In this document: piece after piece, positions 21,989 through 30,887 of the stretch
Layout: each line of letters starts with the position of its first letter
Numbering within the stretch: position 1 is the stretch's first letter
Assembly: GCA_963789865.1 (NCBI GenBank)
Contig: CAWBMD010000001.1
Span: 129,095 to 193,094 of the forward strand
DNA: 64,000 nt
Source: an uncultured Chloroflexia bacterium
GTDB taxonomy: Bacteria > Chloroflexota > Limnocylindria > Limnocylindrales > CSP1-4
Direction: 5' to 3'
Program-made: the position numbers and the translations under genes
Notes under the pieces: generated by a model
Database searches by the model: none
What the model was told of the DNA's origin: nothing
Seen by the model: only the letters and a program-made list of their open reading frames with translations

Positions 21989-24158
21989 TCATGCCTCCCG
22001 CAGCGCCTTGACGCCCAGCCCGGCAAGCCCGGCCGCCATCGACAGCAGGCCCCCCGCAGCGATCACCGGACCCGGGCCCGAAGATGCTCACCAGCAGCCC
22101 GCCGACCGCCATCGCCACAGACATCCCGCCGAAGACCAGCGCGAACCGGAGGCTCACCACGCGCCCCATCAGCTCGGGCGGGGTGCGCTCCTGGAACAGC
22201 GTCTGGCTGGGGATGACGAACGCCATGTTGGCGACGCCGACCCCGAACAGCAGCCCCAGGACGAGCGGGATCGAGTTCGCGAGCCCGACCAGGAACACGA
22301 ACAGGCCGAAGACGGTGTAGGCGGCGATGACCATCGGCCCCTTGCGGACACGCGAGGCCACGAGGCCGAGCGCGAAGCCGCCGATCAGGCTGCCGAGCCC
22401 GATCGCCGTCTCCATGAACGCATAGGTGGCGCGGTACTCGTCGCCCGGGGAGTTGGTGATCTCCCGGGCCAGGACGATGCTCGAGACCGTGACGATGCCC
22501 ACGGCGAACTGGCCGGCCGTACCCTGCAGGGTGTTCGCCAGCAGGACGGTCTCGTGGCGGAGGAAGGCCCAGCCGGCCTTGAGGTCGGCGCGGATCGAGG
22601 CCGGGGCCCCGTCGCCGGTCCCGTCGCCGGCGCCCGCACCATCGGCGCCCGCGCCGCCGTCCACGCTCGCCGTCCAGGTTTCCCAGCTGCGCGCCCGCCG
22701 GACGAGCGGCGGCACGACGATCGTGGACAGCAGCGCCGCAGAGGCGAGGTAGGTGGCGGCGTCGAACCAGAACGCGATCGGGAGCGAGCTCGCCAGGAAC
22801 ACCACGAACAGGCCCGCGATCGGGTAGAACAGCACATCCGCGAGCGTCTCGCCCACCCACATGGCCGAGTTGGCGGAGAGCAGGTCGTTCTCCGGCACCA
22901 GCCGCGGCAGGACGGTCACCCGGGCCGGGCGGAAGAAGATCGAGACCGTGGTGATGAGGAAGACCAGCGGATACGCCAGCCAGACGTTGATCAGGATGGC
23001 GACCGGGATCAGCAGCACCAGCGCAGCCCGCAGGATGTCCGAGACCACCATCACCTGCTTCTGGTCCCAGCGGTCCACGTAGGCGCCGGCGACCGGCGAG
23101 AACAGCAGGTTGGGGATCGTCCCGACGAGGAAGGTCAGGGCGACTGCGATGGGGGAGTCGGTGATCTCGTAGACGAACGCGCCGAGCGCGATCTGGTTCA
23201 CGCGGTCGCCGAACAGGCTGATGACCTGGCCCACCCAGAGCGCGGAGAACGACCCGTTCAGGGCCAGGCGGACGTACGGGTGGCGACGAACCCTCTGCCG
23301 GAGCGAGCGACGGCGGGCCCGCCGATGGGGGATCGCGATCCCGCCAGGCACCAGGACCGCGGCGCCCCCGCCCTCCATGGCCATCGACGTCTGGGACGGC
23401 GACGACATGCCCATGCTGCCGGCACCCATCATCAGCGGCCGCTCGAGCGCGGCGGCTCCCTCGAGGCCCGGCGTGAGACCGGTTCCGGCGCGGACGTCCA
23501 GGCCGCCGGCGTCGGGCTCGCCGTCCGGGCCCTCGTGACGTCGCGGGAGGCGGGCGGTGCCCGACAGTCCCAGGTAGCGGCCGGTCTTCGCCTCGTCGAT
23601 GGCCGCCTGCGTCTCGGCCGGCGTCCGCATCAGGGTGGCGAACAGGAAGAACGCGAGGCCGGCGGTCAGGAACACGTCCCCGATCGAGGCGACGTTCCGG
23701 ACCAGCGGCAGCGGGATCGGGATCATGTCCCCGAGCGGGACCAGCCGGAACAGGAAGTCGGGGCCCGTTCCCGCGACCTTCACATGCAGCACCGAGGTCA
23801 GCTCGGGCGGCAGGCCGGAGGCCGTCAGCGCGGGCACCCAGACCGGCATGTGCCCGGCATTCACCAGGATCACCAGCGCGTTCAGGGCAATCCCGATGAA
23901 CGCCAGCGCCAGGCCCGGGTAGGAGCGGTTCTCCCACAGCGTGAACAGCAACAGCATGTACGCGGTGGCCAGGAGCGGCAGGCGCAGCGTTTCCACGATG
24001 TCCACCCCGTACCCGAGCAGCGTTTCGGTCCCGAAGCGGAGGATCACGGCCAGGAACAGGAGCGGCAGGAAGCGCAGCCTGATGTTGGTCAGGTGCTCCA
24101 GCTTTCCGCCCAGGAGCAGGCCGAGCACGAGCCCGAGCGCGATACCGCCGATCAGCAT
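21989..24158 (-). CDS. DUF5317-MFS transporter fusion (frameshift near the C-terminus)
   Basis: N-terminal ~175 aa with GIALNALVILVNAGHMPV and LGD..SIGD (DUF5317 signature); linker; MFS with LWVGQVISLFGD, AGAYVDRWD, QERTPPELMGRV. Confidence 0.85.
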
Positions 24159-24251
24159 CCCGAGATTGTGGGGCCGAGGGATGAGGCCGTGCGGGGCGTG
24201 TCGTGCGGACGTGGCAGGCCCTGCGCGTGCCGCCGGTGCTGCGCGTGCCCC

Positions 24252-24305
24252 GGGTCCGGTGCGCGGCGCGGGTCCAGTGCGCGGCGCGGGTCCAGTGCGC
24301 GGCGC
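24252..24305. repeat. Tandem repeat, 3 x 18 bp (GGGTCCRGTGCGCGGCGC)
   Basis: Units at 24252, 24270 and 24288, between the HD-GYP and DUF5317-MFS genes. Confidence 0.85.
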
Positions 24306-24366
24306 TCTTCACCACGTCCGATACGCCGGACGGCTCCGCGCCCCGGGAGGGGCACGAGGTCCATGC

Positions 24367-25731
24367 TCAGTTGGCGTCGGTCGTTGAGGGGCCGGCGGTC
24401 CGGTTGACGTGCTGCGAGATCAGCGGGATCGGCCGAGGCTGCAGGGTCCGGCCCGGGTCGGGCACGTCCTGGACCCAGTCGGTCTTCACGAAGGCGTCCA
24501 CCACCTTCGGGTCGAACTGGACCCCCGCGTACTTCCGCAGCTCGCCCAGGGCCACCTCGGGCGTGAGCGGGGTCATGCGGTAAGGACGGGCTGCCGTCAT
24601 CGCCTCGAACGCATCGGCAACGTGGAGGATCCGAGCGAGGAGCGGGATCTCGTCCCCGATGAGCCGGTCCGGGTAGCCCGAGCCGTTGAACCACTCATGG
24701 TGATGCCGGATGATCGGCACTTCGCGCGCAAGCCGCCTGACCGGGAAGATGATCTCGGCGCCCAGCACGGGGTGCGAGTTCATGATCTGCCGCTCTTCCC
24801 GGGTGAGGCGACTCGGCTTCTTCAGGACGTCGTCCGGCACGCCGATCTTGCCCACGTCGTGCAGCAGGCCGCCCCACTCCAGGGCCTCGAGGTCGCCCTC
24901 GCCGAGACGCATGACCCGCCCGATGTCGACGGAGATGTCCTTGACTCGCCTCGAGTGCATCGCGGTGGTCGGATCCCGCTTGTCCACGGCCCCAGCCAGC
25001 GCGGTGATGGTCTGCGTGAACATCTCCCGCATCTCGATGAAGTTGTGATAAGCGAGCCGCGTGGTGTAGAGGGGCAGGGCGAACAGCAGGCTGGACCACC
25101 AGACCACGGTGTACATCTGCGCCATCAGCCAGCCGAGAGGCGCCAAGCCGAGCAGGTTTGTGGTAAAGCCCCGAGGATCGCCGAGAGCAGCTGCGCGGAA
25201 CGGCTGTCCCGTTCTCAGTGCGAGACCGACAGCGGTCAGGTAGCATTGATGAGGAAGAAGAGCGCCGCGCCGGCATGGCTGCCGAGAAGTGCCGAGCGGT
25301 GTCATTCGCGCCGCGGATACGCCGGTGCGCGCATCAGAGCCCTGCGGCGATGCAGGGATGACAATTGCGGCGTGATTGGCGAGCGTGCCATACCAGGGGA
25401 TCCGGCCGCGCAGTTCGCGCAGTTCAGTCGTGCCAATCAGGGCGACCCACGCCCCCGCCGTCGGGCCGCCGAGGAACGTGGCGGCAATGAGCGGTGCGAG
25501 CGAGACACGCCACCATCGTTCCGCGGGGCATCCGCACGGGCAGCGCCGACGCGAGGAGGGTGACATACGCACCAGAAGGCGAGGCCGAGCTTGAGGCGGG
25601 TCCAATCCAAACGGCGACCCCGGCGAGGCTCATCGCGATCCCAGATCGGGAATCAAACGAGTCGTGGCAATCAGCGCAACCGCACCCACTACCACGACTC
25701 CAATGATGTAGAGCTTCAGCTTCGTCGGCAT
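24367..25731 (-). CDS. Membrane-anchored HD-GYP phosphodiesterase (multi-TM, MASE-type N-terminal sensor; sensor part frameshifted)
   Basis: ATG at 25731 after GAGG (MPTKLKLYIIGVVVVGA); LLHDVGK, HPVLG, HHHEWFNGSGYP, ADAFEAMTAARPYR. Confidence 0.9.
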
Positions 25732-25814
25732 TCGTCCTCAGCTCCGCGGTCGGTGGGACTCCAGCCCTCTTCGCCTCGGTGAACAGGACTTGCGTACTGA
25801 GGCTAGTGCTGCTC

Positions 25815-25967
25815 CTAGAAGCCCCTGAGTGACGCCCCGCCGGCCAGCGCCAAGGCGGCGACTGCGCCAAGGGCCGCCAGGATCGCTGAGGCGATCCTGA
25901 TCGCATCGGTCGATTCTCCCTGCGACCTTGACCTACCAGCCCTTGAGGATGCCATTTCCGGTGCCAC
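25815..25967 (-). CDS. 50-aa peptide precursor MAPEMASSRAGRSRSQGESTDAIRIASAILAALGAVAALALAGGASLRGF (absent from the ORF track)
   Basis: Perfect SD AAGGAGGT 7 nt before GTG; open frame to TAG; charged N-region, ~18-aa hydrophobic core, GGA plus short tail; first gene behind the riboswitch. Confidence 0.8.
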   Translation of the reverse strand: MAPEMASSRAGRSRSQGESTDAIRIASAILAALGAVAALALAGGASLRGF

Positions 25968-26003
25968 GCTCGCTACCTCCTTGCGGCCTCCGTGTCCGCA
26001 AGG

Positions 26004-26040
26004 AACACGAAAACCGACCTGACTCGAAAGTCGGTCGGTT
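26004..26040 (-). terminator. Intrinsic terminator (riboswitch expression platform)
   Basis: AACCGACC-GACT-TTCG-AGTC-A-GGTCGGTT followed by TTCGTGTT; its 5' arm is the 3' end of the aptamer. Confidence 0.8.
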
Positions 26041-26116
26041 GCACTATTCGCTCCGCCTCCACCCTAAGTGCCCAATTCAGGTGGTGGCATCAGCGCGTCC
26101 GAGCGTTTCCTTGACT
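26029..26116 (-). promoter_or_regulatory. c-di-GMP-II (class II) riboswitch-like aptamer
   Basis: GGAAAC..TGATG-CCACCACCT-GAATTGGGCACTT-AGGGTGG..TAGTGCAACCGACC: matches the class II core as I recall it (AAUUGGGCACUU / AGUGCAACCGACC), with a CCACC/GGTGG pseudoknot; lies upstream of an HD-GYP gene. Confidence 0.82.
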
Positions 26117-26147
26117 GCACAGTACGTAAGTACTAGTGCAGGGCCGG

Positions 26148-26177
26148 ACTATAGGGAGCCCTGTCCACACCGGTCAA
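26148..26177 (-). promoter_or_regulatory. sigma70-type promoter for the riboswitch-peptide-HD-GYP operon
   Basis: TTGACC-N18-TATAGT, followed by a 5' hairpin (TGCACTAGTAC/GTACTGTGCA) and the aptamer. Confidence 0.7.
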
Positions 26178-26463
26178 TACGCAACCCTACCTATGCCCAC
26201 TAGGCATGATGGCCCCTTCGGGCTCAGCTGGGAGCCATTCAGGTCAGGAGCGTCATCACCACGGCCCGGTGTCGGGCCCCGTCGGTCTCGTGCCGGCGAT
26301 CCCACCACGAGAGGAGTAAGACTTCGTCGCTCGCGCCACCGGGATCGACGGCCGCAACTCCCTTTGGCCGCGGCCAGCGCTGTGACAGTCCTTGGTGTGC
26401 GACGGGCGCTCAACTGCAGCAATGGCTCTCGGTTTGGGCCTTCGAAGGGATAGGACCCAGCTC

Positions 26464-29400
26464 TTACAGATCCTCGATCCTTGGGGGTTCCAGACCCAAT
26501 TGATCGCGAAGCACGGACGCGTAGTGCGCATACTGCTCAGCCGCTGCGGCCGGGGCGCCGAGCAGTCGATACAGACGAACGACCTGAGCCTCGATTTGAT
26601 CAGCCTCAGGGTCGATCAGGAGGGCTTGCTGACCGACCCACAGCCTCCAGCGCAGGTCGGACCCCTGTCGATCGCCCACAATCGCGCTTTCGACCTCGCC
26701 AAGGTACCGAGCGTGAAGGTTGTCGCGATAACTGGATGCCCAATCCTCGTACGGAAAGTCGGACGCAAAGCGCCCGCGGTAGTTCGCGACCAACTCCTCC
26801 ATCAAGGCAGGCGTAGCGGGGCGCGCGTTGAGGAGTATCTGGCAGCGCCAACTGCGGCATGAGATGAGCTCCGAGTCGAGCCAGATGACCTCGCTGTCGA
26901 AGTGCACGTATTCAGGCGACACTCCAGCTCGATACTCCGAATCAATGACCCGTCTGAGGAAGTAGATGGTTTGATGGATCGAGTTGCTGCCCTGTTCCGG
27001 ATCTAGTTCTGGCCATAGGGCATCCATCACCCGGTCCGGCGTGGCGGCTCCATTCGGCTGGCTCGCGAGAAATGCCAGGAGGGCGAGCACTTTGCGCCGT
27101 ATGCCGCGCCCGTCAACGAGTCGGTCGCCGAGGATGATCGAAATGGGCCCGAGGTCCTCGACCATGGCTCGCGGTGCAAGCCGCCGCGCCAGTTCTCCAC
27201 CCCAGTTGCGAGTCGATCGCCGACCAAGGCGCCCGTATTCACGCAAAGTCTGAATGTCCGCCGACTCCCCGATGAGCTCGAGCAGCGCCGCGGCGTGGTC
27301 GGATCGCCCGGGTTGGATGGCGCCCCGGAGATCATTCCTGAGCGGGCCGCGCCAGCGATGCGGTGATCCTTTGGCAGCACGAATTACGACATTAAGTGCC
27401 TGCTCAGACATCTCGTTGAGGCTTCCGGCGATCTCCGATGCGAATACGCCTAGAAAGGCATCAACCTGAGGCGTCCAAGACTCGATTATCCTCGAGGCTT
27501 GGACGGGATCAGTTCCAAGCCCGCGCAGCAGGGATGCGAGGCGTCCCTCAACGGGCGACCTTTGCTCCGCGGCAACTTCCTCGGCTTTCGAAACCTCGGC
27601 CACGAACTTGTGCACGGCGCCCGTCGCGAGGTATGAGCGGGCCTTTGTGAGGTGCCATCGGAAGGTTGCCCCGACCTCCAGCGACTGAGTCGGGGCGTCC
27701 GGCAGCCGATCCAAGATCTCGCCGCGGAGCCGCGGGTCTTTCTCGAGCCACAGGTCGAGGACTCTCCAGTGCAGCTCCCAGTCCGCTGGCAGGGTCTCGC
27801 GACGCACGCTCGAGAGGATCCGGTTTGGCAAATCCTGTGGGCCAAACCATGCCGCGAGGCTGGCTGCCTCGAGCACTGCCTCAGCTTGGCCTTCGGGGTG
27901 CGTGGTGCCCAGGGCAAAATCGAGGATCACCTGAGCGCGGGTCCAACGGCCGAGATGCGCCTCCGCACGCGCCTGCACGAGTCGAACTGAGACAAGTTCG
28001 TAGCCTTGCGACGAGCGGGCGAGCAAGTGTTCTGCATCGCCCGCGAGCCGAAGCGCCTCCGTGTCTCGGTCAAGGAGCACTAGTACCTGCGCCAAGTTCA
28101 GACTCGTGATCGCCGCGTGGTGCCAGTGTGCCTGCTTGCGCTGGGCTGTCAGCAGTCGCTCAAGCTGGTGGGCCAGGGCCGGGAGACTGCCGGTGCCGGA
28201 TCCGCCGAGAATCGCAACGTAGGCGCTTGCCAGTTCCCGATCTCGTCCACTAGTACTCTCCGCCAGCGCCCTGTGAGCGTAGACGAGGGCTTCCTCATAC
28301 TGGCGAGCACCGAGCGAAATTGTCGCAGCGTTCTGTAGTGCGATGGATATGCAGTCGGGGCGCAGTATCTCGGCCGACCGGACGGCCGCGGCGGCTGCTT
28401 CTCGAGCCTCGATGGCCGCCCCTACCTGCAGCAGCAGCCGTGACCGGAGAACCTCCCCGACCACCGCGACCTCGTCGGTGCCAGCGAGCAGGTCGGCAGC
28501 CGCCCGGTACTGACCACTGCCCAGGACCTGACTGAGAGCGCGCTGAATGACTTCGCCAGCTAGGTTGGGCTCGCAAGCCTCCCGGTAATGGTGAGCGGAG
28601 AGTCGCCACGACACGAGCGCGAGCGAGGCCCCAATGGCTAGATGCTTGTCACGGATCCATGCGGTCCCAACCTCTCGCTCGGAGGCGGGCAAGTAGGTAC
28701 TCTTGGACGAGCGGCACAAAACGTCGCCCGCCCTCGATGTCGGATCCGACGAGAAGGCCCAAATCGTCGGCGGCGCGAATGAGCCGGACGCAATCGTCTC
28801 TGCTTCCCGCGCCGAGCATCGACGCAGTCTCGGGCTCAATACACTCGAGGATCGAAGCCTTGATCAAGAAGTCCGACAGGGGTAGAGGAACGTGATCGAG
28901 GACTTCCTCGGTTAGGTAGTCCCTGAGTTCGCCAGCCGCGCCCGATAGGCTCCTGACGAGTCCTCGAGTCTCGTTTGCACCCCGGCCTTCCAGGCTCGTT
29001 TGGACCAGCGAGAGGAGGGCGGGCCAGCCCTGCGTGCGGTCGATCAGGTCCGTGACGACGTCCGGGTCGAGTGGCTGGTGGTAGGCGTCGCGGAACAGGC
29101 GCTCGGCCTCGGGGACGGTGAAGCACAGAGCGTCACCGTCGATCCTGGAGACCGCGCCGCGCGACCGCATCCGGCCCAGCGGGAGGGACGGCGTCATGCG
29201 GGATGCGAGGACCATCGAGAACCCGGGTCCGGTCCGCTCGAGAAGCGCACGCATGATTGGCTCGGTCTCGGGGCTGCCATCGACGCTGTGGTAGTCGTCG
29301 AACAGCAGGCTCAGCCCGTCCGGGAGAGATGAGGCGAGCTCGCTCATCTCTCGCGCGACGCTCATGGTCAGCTCGTCACGCGTCGGTCCACCCGGTCCGA

Positions 29401-29992
29401 GGGCGAGCAGCAGGTCATAGGTCTCGGGCGCAAACCCCGGATCGATCTCGCGGCCCGTGGCCACCAGGTGCCGGATGAAGGCAAGCCAGTCACGGTCATC
29501 GGGCTCCAGCCGGTACCACGCCGTCGCGCGACGAGTGTGGCGGGCCCAGTCGGCGAGCATCGTGGTCTTCCCGAAGCCAGCCTCTGCAATGACGAGTGCG
29601 AGCCGCCCGCCGACCGCTCCGTCCAGCCAGCCGTTGAGGCGCTCACGCGACAGGACGTCGTGCCGCAGGAGCGGCCGGTGGATCTTGACCGGCTGGATCG
29701 GCAGCGGGTTCATGCCGATCCGCCCGAGCGGACCCGCGAGCAGGATCGAACTGGCCGTCCCCGGCCCGACCGCGACCAGCGCATGCCCCTCGTGCCCAGT
29801 GGTCGACGGTCTCGGCCGGGATCTCCTGCCGCTGACGGTGCCGTCTGACGATGCGAACGATACAGAGTCTTCCGCGACGTCAAGGGCGTCCTGCGCCGAC
29901 GCGCCGGCCTGGCTCATGGCGGCCGAGGGCGTTCGGGAGGTCGCGGCCCGGTGGCGATCCTGCTTGCCGGTGATCGATGGCATGCCCGGCAT
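26464..29992 (-). CDS. Large MalT-like STAND regulator: P-loop NTPase + TPR region + winged helix + BTAD (frameshifted ~28650-28840; start uncertain)
   Basis: KIHRPLLR..RERL, AEAGFGKT, LLFDDYH, TQGWPA, DYLTEEVL; C-terminal LLAFL..LWPE..YFLRR and YRGRF..YEDW..ALLIDP (BTAD). Confidence 0.85.
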
Positions 29993-30028
29993 GGTGCCGG
30001 GTGCCGCTCATCCGCGACTTATCCCGGA

Positions 30029-30232
30029 TCAGCCCTCGTATTCGAAGCCGAGCTTGAGCTGGACCTCGTACTGGACGATCTCGCCGTCCTCGATCTGGGC
30101 GGTGGACTTCACGACCTCGATGGTGCGGATGTTGCGCACGGTCTTCGAGGCGGTCGCCACGGCCTGGCGCGCGGCGTCGCTCCACGATCGGGGGCTCGTC
30201 CCCACCATCTCCCGGATGATGATCACGCCCAC
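30029..30232 (-). CDS. Dodecin-family protein
   Basis: 67 aa; EMVGTSPRSWSDAARQAV..KTVRNI..YEVQLKLGF. Confidence 0.85.
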   Translation of the reverse strand: MGVIIIREMVGTSPRSWSDAARQAVATASKTVRNIRTIEVVKSTAQIEDGEIVQYEVQLKLGFEYEG

Positions 30233-30364
30233 TGGGCTCCTCCTTGTGACTGGGCCGTGCCCAGCATAGGGCTCGGGGGCGCGGAGCGTCGTCCACCGAT
30301 CCGCTCGTGGAGCAGCTGAGGGCCCCTCCCGCGCTCGCGCCGAGAGGCGGTCTGAGACCGGGCG

Positions 30365-30679
30365 TCAGGCCGGTGGGCCGGGTGCGATCGTGTCTCCGGC
30401 GCGAACCTTGTCGAAGCAGCTGCTGCAGTAGACGGGACGATCGTTCCTGGGCTCGAAGGGGACCATCGCCTGACCACCGCACCCATTGCACACGGCTGCG
30501 TGATACTCGCGACCGCCACCCGTGGCGGCACTCCGGGTGCGTTTCGCGGCCGCCCGGCAGCTAGGGCAGCGCTGCGGCTCGTTGGTCAGCCCCTTGCTGG
30601 CGAAGAAGGCCTGTTCGCCCGACGAGAACACGAATGGCTCGCCGCAGTCGCGGCAGGCCAGCGACCGATCCTCGAACAC
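30365..30679 (-). CDS. Zinc-ribbon protein with CxxC-x17-CxxC domain
   Basis: CRDCGEPFVF..EQAFF..PQRCPSCR; CNGCG..VPF.P...RPVYCSSCF. Confidence 0.88.
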   Translation of the reverse strand: MFEDRSLACRDCGEPFVFSSGEQAFFASKGLTNEPQRCPSCRAAAKRTRSAATGGGREYHAAVCNGCGGQAMVPFEPRNDRPVYCSSCFDKVRAGDTIAPGPPA

Positions 30680-30887
30680 CCCTCGACCCCTCTCGTGGTG
30701 ACGCGGGCTGCGTCCGACCCTGACACGGGAACGGATACAGGTTCCCGTGGGTCCGCGGGCGCGGCCGATCCGGGCGCGTGGCCCGGAACTCTTGCGCGGA
30801 GGATACGCGCGGCGTCAAGGGATCCCTCGCGAATCAGGGATCCCGGGCGAACAGCGTCCGGCGCCGACGTCAGCGTCAGGGTGAGCG

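Noticed and set aside
24252-24305. Short repeats as a CRISPR array (also 46845-46875)
   Set aside because: Units are contiguous with no spacers, too short, and no cas genes are present.
25424-25906. 160-aa ORF MRSGSPQRSW... from the track
   Set aside because: Shadow frame. The SD-led 50-aa peptide and the HD-GYP start at 25731 explain the region; only its distal part carries a frameshifted piece of the HD-GYP sensor.
25815-25967. Peptide as a classical RiPP/bacteriocin or type I toxin
   Set aside because: No modifying enzymes, C39 transporter or antisense RNA evident, and the tail after GG/GA is only 5-6 aa. A membrane regulatory peptide role is not excluded.
26200-26460. Further peptide genes upstream of the promoter
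   Set aside because: Reading the minus strand by eye gave no SD-led hydrophobic ORF.
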